Source of the DNA: a virus | Lineage: Duplodnaviria > Caudoviricetes | Reading direction: 5' to 3' (one strand) | Virus record (IMG/VR): IMGVR_UViG_3300005512_000233 | Coordinates: 1-29,653 of that record | Length of the DNA: 29,653 nucleotides | Shown here: piece after piece, positions 1 to 11,656 of the stretch | How positions within the stretch are numbered: position 1 is the first letter of the stretch | How the letters are laid out: each line of letters opens with the position of its first letter | Made by a program: the position numbers and the translations under genes | The notes under the pieces: model-generated | What the model was told of the DNA's origin: nothing | Databases searched by the model: none | The model's input: the letters and a program-made list of their open reading frames with translations, nothing else

Positions 1-1
1 A

Positions 2-3000
2 AATATTTTTATTAAACAATCAAAAGATTTTTATAGTTCAAAAGGCAGTAATAGGTCTTTTGAAATATTATTCAGAGTTTTATATGGTAAAGATGTAAAA
101 GTTATATTGCCTCGTGATTATTTAATTCGCCCATCGGATGCTCAATACCGTGTAACTCGTAATTTTGTAGTTGAAGCAATTGAAGGAAATCTAGAGGATT
201 TAATAAACAAAACTGTTTTTCAAGATCAGTTTGGAGATATTCCAAAATCTTTTGGTACTGTTACTGATGTTCAAAAACTAGTTAAGAATGGTAAAGAATA
301 TTATATATTAATGTTAGATTATGATTTTGATAAGGATATTATTGTTAATGGATCAATTTTTGGTGATCTAAAAATACATCCAAAAACAACAGTTGTTGAA
401 AATATTTCAAGTAACTCTACAACTATTGCTGTAGATTCTACAATTGGATTTCCAACAAATGGAACACTGATATTAAATAATGATTTAAATTCTCAAATTA
501 TATCTTATAGTGGAAAAACTGTAGATCAATTCTTAAATTGTTCTGGAGTAACAGATTCAATTTCTGCGGGAACACCTATTTCGGTTAATACATTTGCTTA
601 TGGTGGATCTGAAAATCCAGATGAAAATAATATTAAATTTAGAATTACTGGAGTTCTTTCTGATGTTGATCTTCCATCTGGAAGTAAATACTATGAAAAT
701 GGAGATATTGGAAGAATACTGTATCTTGGATATAATGGTAGGGAAATAAAGGATAATAACTGGGTATTCAATAAATCTGTAAAATGTGATGTTTCTAGAT
801 TTACGGATGATGGTTCATTTAAGTATACAATAGAAACCTATGATAATAATGGAATATATGAAGGAGATAGTGTTCAAGTTGAATACATCAATAAGTCTAC
901 AGGAAAAAGAGATACTTCTATAATACCATCACAAAATGTGAAAATTCCTAATGGAAGTGTACCTGGGAAAATTTTTCAAATTGAAACTTCTGGGTATGAA
1001 ATATCTGAAATTTTCAGTGTAAGAAAATTTTTATCAAAGTATAATAATTTTATATCAGATGTATTAAATGTATATAAAGATATTAATAATGAAACTAGAT
1101 ATGTAACTTCATCTTCCCTTCCATATTATGGTACTAATAAAAATATTACAGTTGAAGATTATAAGATAAATTTAAATGGAACTTTTTCAGGTGAAGTACT
1201 TAAAATAGTTAATGATGGGCAAAATCACGGATTTATAACTGGAGATTCTATAGTATATAATCCAGAAGATTTAAATTCAAGTGGAAATAAATTTGACATC
1301 CAACCAGGTGTATATTTTGTTAAAAAAGAAAGTGAAACTGAAATAAGATTATCTAGAAGTAGATCTGATATTAATTCAAAGAAATATATTTCTATTGCGA
1401 GTACAACAGTATCAAATAATACTATAAGTTTACTTCGCTTTTCAAAAAAAGATAATCTACCATCTACTATAGATTCACAAAGACTAGTTAGATCTTTAGA
1501 GAATCCAATAAATGATGGAAATTCATATGATACTTATGGAGGAACAACTGGAATACTTATTAACGGTGTTGAAATACTAAATTATAAGTCTGAAGATTAT
1601 ATTTACTATGGACCACTAAAATCAATTGAAGTTATATCACCAGGAAGAGATTTAGACGTTATTAATCCACCAATAATGGAAATTACTGATAGTGGAATTA
1701 CTTCTACAGCACAAGGATATTGTGGAGTAGAAGGTGGATTAAGTAGAATTGATATTATTGATAGTGGATTTGATTATATTGATACTCCAGTTGTTAATAT
1801 TACTGGTGGTGGTGGATCTGGAGCAACAGCAATTGTTAAAATGATTGATTATGATCATTTTGTAGACATAAATTCCACAAATACTAATGGTAGAATTAAT
1901 ATTTCTTCTGGTATTATTGGATTTTCTACATATCATAAATTTAGAGATGGTGAATCTATAATATACAACACTAATGGTAATACTCCTATTGGTGGATTAA
2001 GCACAAGCGCAAAATATTATGCTAATGTAATAGATGATTATAGAATTAATTTACACAAAAATTTAAATGATGCACTATCTGGAATCAACACCATAAGCAT
2101 AACTTCTTATGGTGTTGGAAATCATAGGTTTGAATGTACAGGGAGAAAAAGTAAAATTAACTCGGTAATTGTTGAAAATTCTGGGTCTGGATATAAAAAT
2201 AAAAAAATATCAGTATCTATTTCAGGAATTAACACAGCATCAAATACAATTAAAGTTTATGAACATCCATTTACTAGTGGAGAAACTATCTATTATTATG
2301 GAGGAACTCAAAATATATCAGGATTGGATACTGGAAGTTATATTGTTACAAGAATTGATTCAACAACATTTAAACTTTCAAATGTTGGATTAGGTAGTAC
2401 ATCAAAGAATTTTTACTATAATACAAATCAATTTATAAACTTTGAAGATAAAGGTAATGGTCCTCATATTTTTGGATATGAACCTATACAGGTTTCTGTT
2501 GTAGGAAAAGTCGGAATATCTACTATTTCAAATGTAGATGTATCCGCAAAAGTGCAACCAGTTTTTAGAGGAAAATTATCTTCAATATTTCTTTATGATG
2601 GTGGTGTTGGGTATGGATCTTCTGAAATCATTAACTATAATAGACATCCAAATTTCAATTTAAATGCAGGAACTGGTGCAAGAGTAACTCCAGTGGTGTC
2701 TTCTGGAAAAATTGTAAGTGTTATAGTAAATGAAAGTGGAAGAAATTATAATTCTCCTCCAAATTTAATTGTTAGAGGATTTGGAGTAGGAGCAGTATTA
2801 ACTCCAATAATTTCTGATGGAAGATTAGTTGAGGTTAAAGTTATAAATGGTGGAATTGATTACCAACAAAAGAATACAGTAATTGAAGTAATCGCTCCCT
2901 TATCTGGATATGAGTTAAAGTCATACCCTCAAGTGTGGACAGTTAATAAATTCAAAAGACTTTTAGAGAGTTCTAAAATTGCAGATGATGATGGTGTTGG

Positions 3001-6000
3001 ATATAAAGGAAAAAATAAAAATTATGGACTACAATACACTCATTTATATTCTCCAAGATCTTTAAGGAGGAAGATATACTCACAAAAAATTGAAGAAGGA
3101 GTTGCAAATTATAAAAATGACTATCAGAATGATTTTGATACTGAAAAATATCATTCTCCGATTTTAGGATGGTCTTATGATGGGCATCCAATATATGGAC
3201 CTTATGGGTATGATTCTCCAAAAAATAAGACAGTAAGGCAAATATTGAGTGGATATGATGATCCAATTGATAATCAACCAAATAGACCAAATAAAAAGAT
3301 ATTTCCTGCTGGATATTTTATTGAAGACTATGAATACACTAATTCTGGTGATTTAGATGAACATAATGGAAGATTTTGTATAACCCCCGAATTTCCAAAT
3401 GGCACATATGCTTATTTTATGACTCTATCTTCAAATATTTTAGATAGTGGAGTATTTGCAGGCGATAAAATTCCAAAATATCCTTATATCATAGGAAATA
3501 CATATAAATCAAAACCAATACAATTCAATTTTAATCTTGAATCAAATCAAAAAGAATTTGATTTCAATTCTGGAAATATCGTAAGAAATACTTATAAGTA
3601 TAATAATTTAAGTGATAATTCCGAATATGAATATTTGCTTGATAGGAGAGATGTATTATCTCAAAATTCAAGAATAAAAAGTTCATCTAAAGGGTCTATA
3701 GATTCTATTAAGTTAATATCAGGCGGCGAGAACTATAAAGTTGGTGATAGAGTTGTTTTTGATAATACAAATTCGGGTGGTATTGGAGCAGCATCTAAAG
3801 TAAAATATCTGGAAGGAAGATCTATTACTGGAATATCTAAAACTGAAACAACAGTTTATGATGTGGAATTTTATCCATCATCAATTCCAAATAGAGTAAT
3901 TGGATTTTCTAGTACACCACATAATTTACTAAATTCAGAACTTATTAATATAGATTCTTTAAATGACTATGATCTTTCTCTACAAGACAGTTTTAATATT
4001 GAAGTAAGACCAGATAATTTTATTTTAGATTTAGGAGTTGGTAATACTTCTGTAACTGGTATAGTTACTTATTTTTATGTTTCAGGATTGCTGGAATTTC
4101 CAAGAATTCGTGAAAATGATATACTTACTATTGGGTCTGAAGATATTAAAGTTTTAGAGGTAGACTCTAAAACATCAAGAATTAGAGTTTTAAGAGAACA
4201 AAATTCAACAGTTTCTTCTGCACATTCTTCTTATACTATTCTTGAAGAAAAACCAAGAAAATTCTTTATAAATCTATCTCTTGACTTAAAAAATAAAGAT
4301 TATAAGTTAAATCGTGAGATATATTTCAATCCAAAAGAGTCATTAGGAATTGGTACAATTGTTGGTGCTGGACATACTCTAATATTTTCTAACCCAGGTA
4401 TTGGACTTACTTCTATTATAGTTCCAGAAAAGAGCATTTATATTAAAGATCATAGACTTGAGACAGGAAACGAATTATTATATAAATCAAATTCTGGAAA
4501 TCCAATATCAGTTTCAACTGGAATAGGGTCATTTTATTTACAAGATAATAGTATTGTATATGCTGCTAAAATATCTAATGATTTAATCGGAATATCCACA
4601 ATTAAAGTCGGATTAGGTACAAATGGTGATTTTGTCGGAATATCTCAAACTTCTTCCACTTTATATTTTATAGGAATTGGTACAGGTGGAGAATATCATA
4701 GATTTACGACTAGATTTGATAATGTATCAAAAGGAAATGTATCAAAAAATACGGTAACAGTATCTACATCAACTACACATTATCTACAATCTGGAGATTC
4801 TGTTTTCCTTGAATCATATCCAGGTATAAGCACATCTATAAAAATTTCATATAGTGATTATCATAGAGTTCTTATTGCAGACTCAAAACAATTTTCATCT
4901 ATTAATACAAATGAAAATTTAATTACTATACAAAATCACAATTATGAAAATGGACAAAAGTTAATACACACATCATTATCCCCAGCAAGTGGACTAGAAG
5001 ATCAAAAAATATATTATGCAATAGTATATGATCAAAATAGAATAAAACTTTCCGATTCATACTATGGAGCAACTACAACTCCAAGGCAAGTTGTAAATAT
5101 TACATCTTCATCTTCTGGAATTTTATCAAAAGTAAATCCAAAAATTGATACAATTAGAAATAACCAAATAATATTTGATTTATCAAATTCTTCTCTTTCT
5201 CAAACATTTTCAGGAATTGGAAGAACGGAATCATTCAACCTTGAGTTTTATACTGATAAAAATTTTTCAAACTCATATTTTCCTGTAAATCAAGATGGAA
5301 CTTCTAAAATTATAAAATTTGGTAATATTGGAATAGATTCAACTGCAAAAATATATTTTACAATTGACGATGAATTTCCTTCAGAAATATATTACAAATT
5401 GTCTCCAAAGACTAATTTGTCAATTAAAAATGAAATTATAGTAGATACTGAGGTAAATGAATATAATAAAATTAAATTTAATGAGAGTTCATTAAATAAA
5501 GAGCAAAAAATTACAGGAATAACCTCAAATACTTTTAGTTTTCAGACCGAAAAAATAAGTGAAAGTCTTCAGTATTTGCAAAATGATGGTGATTTTAGTT
5601 ATTATACTAATTCGGAAAATGAAAAAGGACCTATTAAAGAAGTTGAAATTACTTCTGGAGGGAAGTCATATTCTAGATTGCCTTTTATATCTACTGTAAC
5701 TAGTTCAACAGGTAGTGATGCAATCATACTCCCCCAAAGTAGTACAATTGGCAAAATTCAGACAATAAAAATTGAAGATGTTGGTTATAATTATCCAGTA
5801 GATCCTACATTACGACCACTAATTAAATTTTCATCAATTATTAGAGTTGAGCCATTATCTACTTTTGAAAGTATTAAAGTAATTTCACCAGGACAAAACT
5901 ATAATACAAATCCAGATCTTATTGTTATTGATGGATTTACTGATACAGTGATTGAAGATGTAATACTAAATTTTGATCTTGAAAAAAGTTTTGTAGATAT

Positions 6001-7120
6001 TATTCAAAATACAAAAGGACTTTATAATGCTACTCCTAGAATAGTCAGTATTAATAATTCAAATGGACTTGGGATTAGTTCAGTATCATACAATAATTCA
6101 AATAAAAATGTAACAGTATTTTTTACAAAGCAATTTAGTGATTTGAGTGATTTTCCATTTTCAATTGGTGATAATGTATATATTGAGGGAATATCTATAT
6201 TAAACTCAAATGATATGGGATATAATTCAGATCAGTACAATTATAGACTATTTCCTATTGTTGGGATTAATACTGGAAGTATTGGTGGAAGTGGATCTTA
6301 TATAGAGTATTCTTTAAATAATTTTATAACTGAATCTGAAGTTCCTGGCATTTTTGATGAAGAAAACTCTTCTGGTAGAATTATATCTGAAGATGATTTA
6401 CCAGTTTTTGAAGTTAAACTTACAAAAAATTCATTCATTATTGGGGAAAATGCAACTAGTACTAATAATAATATTGGAAAAATACTAAAGTGGGATGAAA
6501 GAAATGAATATTTAACTATAGAGACAACTGGTGATTATGTTGTTGGTGAATTAATTATCGGTGAAAACTCAAAATCACAAGCATTTATACGAGAAATTTT
6601 TGAATATGAAACTTTTTATAAAGTTAGATCATCTTCAATTGTTGAAAGTGGATGGAATCGTAAAACTGGATTTTTAAATGATTCTACTCAAGTAATTCAG
6701 GATAGTGATTATTATCAATATTTTTCATATTCACTTGAATCTGAAATTTCTATAGAAGATTGGGATTCTGTTGTAAGCAATTTAAATCATACTTTAGGGT
6801 TTAAAAAATTTAGTAATTTAATACTCAATTCAAATCCCAATGAACCTGGAATTTCAACATCTCAAAATGAAGGATTTTTTAGTTCTGTATGTGACTTAAA
6901 TAGTATAGTTGATGTTGAGTGTATACATGATTTTGATATTGTTTCAGAAAATAGTTTTTATGTCAATGAAACCTTAACTAGTGATGAAATAATATTCAAT
7001 TCAGTTATACTTCAAGATTATTCAGAATCTGTAGGAAATAGAGTTTTAATTATAGATGATATAAGCGACGACTTTAATACTTCATTATCAAGAACATTTG
7101 TAACATCATTTAACATTTAA
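2..7120 (+). CDS. gp7: Giant baseplate wedge initiator-like protein (gp7-like), 5'-partial
   Basis: The frame is open from base 2 (NIFIKQSKDFYSSKGSNRSFEILFRVLYGKDVKVILPRDY...), so the TTG at 107 is not the real start. The FYxSKG..SF.ILF..LYG N-terminal motif and the C-terminal QDSDYYQYFSYSL...W...V..LNHTLGFKKF motif are typical of T4-like/cyanophage gp7. It contains many Gly-rich and H-x-F-x-x-G repeats and lies upstream of gp8. Confidence 0.8.
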   Translation, partial: NIFIKQSKDFYSSKGSNRSFEILFRVLYGKDVKVILPRDYLIRPSDAQYRVTRNFVVEAIEGNLEDLINKTVFQDQFGDIPKSFGTVTDVQKLVKNGKEYYILMLDYDFDKDIIVNGSIFGDLKIHPKTTVVENISSNSTTIAVDSTIGFPTNGTLILNNDLNSQIISYSGKTVDQFLNCSGVTDSISAGTPISVNTFAYGGSENPDENNIKFRITGVLSDVDLPSGSKYYENGDIGRILYLGYNGREIKDNNWVFNKSVKCDVSRFTDDGSFKYTIETYDNNGIYEGDSVQVEYINKSTGKRDTSIIPSQNVKIPNGSVPGKIFQIETSGYEISEIFSVRKFLSKYNNFISDVLNVYKDINNETRYVTSSSLPYYGTNKNITVEDYKINLNGTFSGEVLKIVNDGQNHGFITGDSIVYNPEDLNSSGNKFDIQPGVYFVKKESETEIRLSRSRSDINSKKYISIASTTVSNNTISLLRFSKKDNLPSTIDSQRLVRSLENPINDGNSYDTYGGTTGILINGVEILNYKSEDYIYYGPLKSIEVISPGRDLDVINPPIMEITDSGITSTAQGYCGVEGGLSRIDIIDSGFDYIDTPVVNITGGGGSGATAIVKMIDYDHFVDINSTNTNGRINISSGIIGFSTYHKFRDGESIIYNTNGNTPIGGLSTSAKYYANVIDDYRINLHKNLNDALSGINTISITSYGVGNHRFECTGRKSKINSVIVENSGSGYKNKKISVSISGINTASNTIKVYEHPFTSGETIYYYGGTQNISGLDTGSYIVTRIDSTTFKLSNVGLGSTSKNFYYNTNQFINFEDKGNGPHIFGYEPIQVSVVGKVGISTISNVDVSAKVQPVFRGKLSSIFLYDGGVGYGSSEIINYNRHPNFNLNAGTGARVTPVVSSGKIVSVIVNESGRNYNSPPNLIVRGFGVGAVLTPIISDGRLVEVKVINGGIDYQQKNTVIEVIAPLSGYELKSYPQVWTVNKFKRLLESSKIADDDGVGYKGKNKNYGLQYTHLYSPRSLRRKIYSQKIEEGVANYKNDYQNDFDTEKYHSPILGWSYDGHPIYGPYGYDSPKNKTVRQILSGYDDPIDNQPNRPNKKIFPAGYFIEDYEYTNSGDLDEHNGRFCITPEFPNGTYAYFMTLSSNILDSGVFAGDKIPKYPYIIGNTYKSKPIQFNFNLESNQKEFDFNSGNIVRNTYKYNNLSDNSEYEYLLDRRDVLSQNSRIKSSSKGSIDSIKLISGGENYKVGDRVVFDNTNSGGIGAASKVKYLEGRSITGISKTETTVYDVEFYPSSIPNRVIGFSSTPHNLLNSELINIDSLNDYDLSLQDSFNIEVRPDNFILDLGVGNTSVTGIVTYFYVSGLLEFPRIRENDILTIGSEDIKVLEVDSKTSRIRVLREQNSTVSSAHSSYTILEEKPRKFFINLSLDLKNKDYKLNREIYFNPKESLGIGTIVGAGHTLIFSNPGIGLTSIIVPEKSIYIKDHRLETGNELLYKSNSGNPISVSTGIGSFYLQDNSIVYAAKISNDLIGISTIKVGLGTNGDFVGISQTSSTLYFIGIGTGGEYHRFTTRFDNVSKGNVSKNTVTVSTSTTHYLQSGDSVFLESYPGISTSIKISYSDYHRVLIADSKQFSSINTNENLITIQNHNYENGQKLIHTSLSPASGLEDQKIYYAIVYDQNRIKLSDSYYGATTTPRQVVNITSSSSGILSKVNPKIDTIRNNQIIFDLSNSSLSQTFSGIGRTESFNLEFYTDKNFSNSYFPVNQDGTSKIIKFGNIGIDSTAKIYFTIDDEFPSEIYYKLSPKTNLSIKNEIIVDTEVNEYNKIKFNESSLNKEQKITGITSNTFSFQTEKISESLQYLQNDGDFSYYTNSENEKGPIKEVEITSGGKSYSRLPFISTVTSSTGSDAIILPQSSTIGKIQTIKIEDVGYNYPVDPTLRPLIKFSSIIRVEPLSTFESIKVISPGQNYNTNPDLIVIDGFTDTVIEDVILNFDLEKSFVDIIQNTKGLYNATPRIVSINNSNGLGISSVSYNNSNKNVTVFFTKQFSDLSDFPFSIGDNVYIEGISILNSNDMGYNSDQYNYRLFPIVGINTGSIGGSGSYIEYSLNNFITESEVPGIFDEENSSGRIISEDDLPVFEVKLTKNSFIIGENATSTNNNIGKILKWDERNEYLTIETTGDYVVGELIIGENSKSQAFIREIFEYETFYKVRSSSIVESGWNRKTGFLNDSTQVIQDSDYYQYFSYSLESEISIEDWDSVVSNLNHTLGFKKFSNLILNSNPNEPGISTSQNEGFFSSVCDLNSIVDVECIHDFDIVSENSFYVNETLTSDEIIFNSVILQDYSESVGNRVLIIDDISDDFNTSLSRTFVTSFNI

Positions 7121-7130
7121 TTACAATAAA

Positions 7131-10100
7131 ATGGCAACAAAAGTAAGATCTAAAAAATTTTTTCTTGGTGTTAAGGATGATAGATTTGAAGATAGAAGGC
7201 AGTCTTCAATAATATCTCTAGTTACAGATGGTAGTGAAATATACTTAAATCAGTATGGAAAAACTTTCACTGTAGATGAACTTGGGAGTTTTGATATTAT
7301 AAAGGTAGAAGATCAAGCTGTTTTAGAATTTACTCCCATAGATGGTAGAAATAATGAATATAGTTATAGTTTTATATCTTATGATACTAAACAAAATATA
7401 ACTATAACTGATTCATATACTTTTGGAAATACTGCAAAAATTGAAACAGATAATTTAATTGTTGGATCTGGATCATCTGCTATTATATCTTCAATAAGCA
7501 CAAATTTCACTTCTGAAAAAATATTAATTGATTTTAGTTCTAATAGTGGTAATTATTATGAATATGGAGAAATAAATCTGATTAGTAATGGAATTACTAC
7601 TTCTTTTTCAGAATTTTCTAAAATAACAGTATCAACTGATGATACAATTAATAGAGTTGGTGTAGGAACCTTTGATATAGATAATAATAATAATTTAGTA
7701 TTTTACTCTAATATTTCTGAAGATTTGATATGCAATCTTGTTTCAGTATCTATTGCAAATACTGAATATACTTTTACTTCATCTCGTGTATTGAGATATG
7801 CTGAAATTGAATCTCAAAATGTGGGAATCGCATCCTCAACTTCCCCAGATGCTGAAGTTATCTCATCATACACATCAGATTATCATCTAGCATATTTTTT
7901 AGTTCAAATCACAGATACTACAAACGGAGACTTGCAATTATCTGAGATTGTAGTATTGAATAATGATACTCAGACTACATTGATAGAATATGGTAATTTA
8001 TATACTAATGGTCCATTAGGAGAATTTGATTCAAATTCAACATCCTTAACAGAATTAGTTTTTACACCAATTCCAGATATTAATGTAGATATTACTTTAT
8101 TAAGACATACTATTTCATATGCGGAGTTTTCATCTTTTCCAACATCAATAAATTTTGGCAATGCAGAATTATCTACAGGTGTAAGTAAATTTCAACAATC
8201 TAGTGACGTAAATTTTAAGAAAGATTTTTTATTAACTCACAATAATATTCCTATTTTTGAAAGATTATTTGATGGAAGTCAAGAAAGTACATCAACAAAT
8301 CCTGCTAGTGTAGATTTGAATAATAATTTAATATATTTACCGAATCATTTTTTTGTTAGTGGAGAGGAAGTTCAATATAGATTGGAAAATTATACATTTA
8401 ATGATATTCTAGTTTCAAATACTACACAGATATCTGGAGTTGGAACTAATGTTGTTTATGTAGATAATTTATTTGGACTTGAGAGTGGAGATTATTTAAG
8501 TGCTCCAGGTCAATCTTATCTTGCAATAAATGAGTTAGGAAGTAATTATGTATCTTTAGCAAGCACTATTTCTTTACAAATAAATTCTGGTATTGCGGTT
8601 ACTTTTTCAAGAGCATTAGAATCTGCTGATAATCCAACATCTTTTGGGGCAATAGGGATTGCACAAACTTATGTATCTGGAATTGGAAATACAGATAAAT
8701 TGAGTGGAAATCTATATGTATATAAATTTGATGAAAAATATATTGGACTGACAACTTCACCTATTGATTCACTATCATCTCCACCAAAACTTATAGATTT
8801 TACTTCTGTTGGGATAGGAAATAGACATTATATAACATCAAAAAAACAAAATAGTAAAGTAATTATTTTAATTGATAATGTAATTCAATCACCAATAGTT
8901 TCAACAGCAGTTACTTCACTTCTTGTAGATGATATTGCTTTGCTTGATACTACTTTAGAATTTTCTGGAATTACTTCATTCTTCAGTGGCGATTTAATAA
9001 AGGTTGATAATGAAATAATGAAAGTTTCTTCCGTTAGTGTTGGTGATACAGCATTTGTTGAAGTTCAAAGACCTTTAATGGGGACTGGACTATCAACACA
9101 TTCCTCAAATACTCTCATCACTAAAATGGAAGGAAACTATAATATAGTAGGAAATACTATACACTTTGTAGAGGCACCATATGGACCAATATATGATGAA
9201 GAAAAGGGAGACATTAATATTAGATCAACTTTTCAGGGTAGAGCATTTATAAGATCTGGAGTATTGGATTCAAATAAAGAAACTTATGAGGATAATTATA
9301 TTTTTGATGATATTAGTTCTGGGTTTAATGCAGTAAGAAAGGATTTTAATATAACTTCAGAAGGAAGTGCAATATCAGGATTCTCAACTTCAAATTCAAT
9401 TGTTTTGGTGAACAGCATATTTCAAAGTCCAGAAAATGATTACAATCTATCTGAAAACTTATCACAGACTGAATTGAATTTTACTGGAACTGCAACATCT
9501 GCTTTGTATGATCCTAATAATGCAAGTGTTCCCAGAGGTGGGATAATTGTATCTGTAGGGTCTAGTAATGGATTTGGATATCAACCATTAGTTTCTGCAG
9601 GAGGAACAGCAATAGTTTCTATTGCAGGAACTATTCAAAGTATTAGTATTGGTAACACTGGTTCTGGATATAGAAGCGGAGTTCAACCAATTGTTCGTGT
9701 TGGAGTGCAAACTTTAAGTGGATCATCTCCAAATATTGAATTTATAGGTACAGCAACAGTTCTAGGGGGACATATTGTAAGTATAGCAATTACAAATCCT
9801 GGATCTGGATATACATCAACAAATCCACCGAAAGTTATTTTTGATAATCCACTTTCATATTCAAATTTAGATTTGATTTATCAGTCTCCAAATACTGGTA
9901 TTGGATCCCAAGCAAAGATTGATATAATTGTAGGTCAAGGATCAAGCATAATTGATTTTAAGATTAAAAATTATGGTTACTCTTATAATGTTGGAGATAT
10001 ATTAACAATACAGACTGGAGGAACTTCTGGAATACCTACAGATTCTAGTCTATCATTTGAACCTTTTTCTATTATAGTTAATAGAACATATCAAGATGAA

Positions 10101-11624
10101 TTCAGTGGATGGTCTCTAGGTGAGTTACAAAAAATAGATGATATTGATCATTTATTTAATGGATTCAGAAAAACTTTTCCAATTTCTGATAATGGTGAAC
10201 GATTTGCTATTGTTGCAAAAGAAGGATCTAGTATTGATTTAAGTGCTACTCTTTTAATATTTGTAAATGATGTTCTGCAAGAACCTAATATTTCTTATGT
10301 TTTTGATGGAGGAAGTTTAATAGAATTTTTAGAAGCTCCAAAATCTGGATCAAAATGTAGAATTTTATTCTACAAAGGAACGCCAGGTGTAGATGTAATT
10401 GATGTTGATATTGAAGAAACTATTAAAACTGGTGATACTGTAAGAATAACAAGTGATGATTATAAATTGACAGAAAACAGGAGATTAGTTCGTGATATTA
10501 TTTTACCAGATGCATTAGAAACTAATCCATATAATTCTATTGGTATAACATCTAATACAACTTTACAAAGACCTATTATCTGGTGTAAGCAAAGAAATGA
10601 CACTATTGTTGATGGTATAGAGATTGGAAAAGATAGACCAAGTTATGAATCAAGAATTTTCCCTTCAAGCAATATTATAAACTCCGTTGGTGTTGGTTCA
10701 ACTCAAATATTTGTAGATAATGTAAAAACTATATTTGACGCTGAAAATGAAAATACAACTGGAGATATAAGAAATTCAATTGAAATTTTAGATAATAGAA
10801 AAATAGTACAGTCAATTGGAACCGCTATTGTTTCTATTTCGGGAACTATACAATCAATAGATATTATAAATGGTGGATATGGATACAATTCAAACCCAAT
10901 AGTTGCAATTCAAAATCCAATTGGAATTGGAAGCACTGGAAGAGCAGTGTTATCTTCTCAAACAACTTCTGGAATCGTTACTGAAATATCCATTATTTCA
11001 GCAGGATTAGGATATACTTACACAAATCCACCCCTAGTTTATATAGAACCGCCAGAAATAAAATCTGAATATATTGAAGGGGTATCATATAAAGGAGATT
11101 TTGGGATAATTACAGGAATTAAAACAACTAATGTTGGATTTGCATCTACGGCATTGATATTTGATATGTTTATTCCTAGCAATTCTTACTTGAGAAATGG
11201 ATCTATAGTAACTCCGACAATTACTCAAACAGGTCTTTTAGAAAATTACTACTTTAAAGTTTCTAATTCTAAAATTGGATCTGGAGTTACTTCTTTGAGA
11301 AAAGATGGATCAATTATTGGGATAGGGACTACAGGAATTGATAATATATATCAAGTTATTTCTGTTTCTTTTGCTTCTACTGATGTTTATGGAGAAGGTA
11401 ATGCTACTGCTGCACAAGTTACGGTGAGTATTTCCAGTTATGATGGTTTAACAGGTTTTGGTTATAGTAATTATTATGGTGATTATAGTTGGGGAGTTAT
11501 TGAAGTCCCTAGGACTCAAAATGAGTATAGTATAAACTCAAATTATGGAGTTGTAGGATTAAACACAACTCCTTTAGTAAAAAGATATAATTATCTTCGT
11601 TATCAAAATTACAACCCTATATAA
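7131..11624 (+). CDS. Large virion structural protein (1497 aa), probably the C-terminal portion of the cyanophage giant gp7-like baseplate protein encoded separately
   Basis: Starts 10 nt after the gp7-like stop and lies between gp7 and gp8. It has the same repeat vocabulary (ITNPGSGYTSTNPPKV, NHFFVSGEEVQY, LLIFVNDVLQEP, C-terminal YYGDYSWG). Confidence 0.65.
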   Translation: MATKVRSKKFFLGVKDDRFEDRRQSSIISLVTDGSEIYLNQYGKTFTVDELGSFDIIKVEDQAVLEFTPIDGRNNEYSYSFISYDTKQNITITDSYTFGNTAKIETDNLIVGSGSSAIISSISTNFTSEKILIDFSSNSGNYYEYGEINLISNGITTSFSEFSKITVSTDDTINRVGVGTFDIDNNNNLVFYSNISEDLICNLVSVSIANTEYTFTSSRVLRYAEIESQNVGIASSTSPDAEVISSYTSDYHLAYFLVQITDTTNGDLQLSEIVVLNNDTQTTLIEYGNLYTNGPLGEFDSNSTSLTELVFTPIPDINVDITLLRHTISYAEFSSFPTSINFGNAELSTGVSKFQQSSDVNFKKDFLLTHNNIPIFERLFDGSQESTSTNPASVDLNNNLIYLPNHFFVSGEEVQYRLENYTFNDILVSNTTQISGVGTNVVYVDNLFGLESGDYLSAPGQSYLAINELGSNYVSLASTISLQINSGIAVTFSRALESADNPTSFGAIGIAQTYVSGIGNTDKLSGNLYVYKFDEKYIGLTTSPIDSLSSPPKLIDFTSVGIGNRHYITSKKQNSKVIILIDNVIQSPIVSTAVTSLLVDDIALLDTTLEFSGITSFFSGDLIKVDNEIMKVSSVSVGDTAFVEVQRPLMGTGLSTHSSNTLITKMEGNYNIVGNTIHFVEAPYGPIYDEEKGDINIRSTFQGRAFIRSGVLDSNKETYEDNYIFDDISSGFNAVRKDFNITSEGSAISGFSTSNSIVLVNSIFQSPENDYNLSENLSQTELNFTGTATSALYDPNNASVPRGGIIVSVGSSNGFGYQPLVSAGGTAIVSIAGTIQSISIGNTGSGYRSGVQPIVRVGVQTLSGSSPNIEFIGTATVLGGHIVSIAITNPGSGYTSTNPPKVIFDNPLSYSNLDLIYQSPNTGIGSQAKIDIIVGQGSSIIDFKIKNYGYSYNVGDILTIQTGGTSGIPTDSSLSFEPFSIIVNRTYQDEFSGWSLGELQKIDDIDHLFNGFRKTFPISDNGERFAIVAKEGSSIDLSATLLIFVNDVLQEPNISYVFDGGSLIEFLEAPKSGSKCRILFYKGTPGVDVIDVDIEETIKTGDTVRITSDDYKLTENRRLVRDIILPDALETNPYNSIGITSNTTLQRPIIWCKQRNDTIVDGIEIGKDRPSYESRIFPSSNIINSVGVGSTQIFVDNVKTIFDAENENTTGDIRNSIEILDNRKIVQSIGTAIVSISGTIQSIDIINGGYGYNSNPIVAIQNPIGIGSTGRAVLSSQTTSGIVTEISIISAGLGYTYTNPPLVYIEPPEIKSEYIEGVSYKGDFGIITGIKTTNVGFASTALIFDMFIPSNSYLRNGSIVTPTITQTGLLENYYFKVSNSKIGSGVTSLRKDGSIIGIGTTGIDNIYQVISVSFASTDVYGEGNATAAQVTVSISSYDGLTGFGYSNYYGDYSWGVIEVPRTQNEYSINSNYGVVGLNTTPLVKRYNYLRYQNYNPI

Positions 11625-11628
11625 TTAA

Positions 11629-11636
11629 GATAAATA
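11629..11636 (+). promoter_or_regulatory. T4-type late promoter (nATAAATA) upstream of gp8
   Basis: GATAAATA in the 32-nt intergenic gap, 20 nt before the ATG. Confidence 0.65.
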
Positions 11637-11656
11637 CATAGAAAGTATATAAATCA

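Noticed and set aside
107-109. TTG start called for the first ORF
   Set aside because: The frame is open and conserved-looking back to base 2, so the gene begins upstream of the window.
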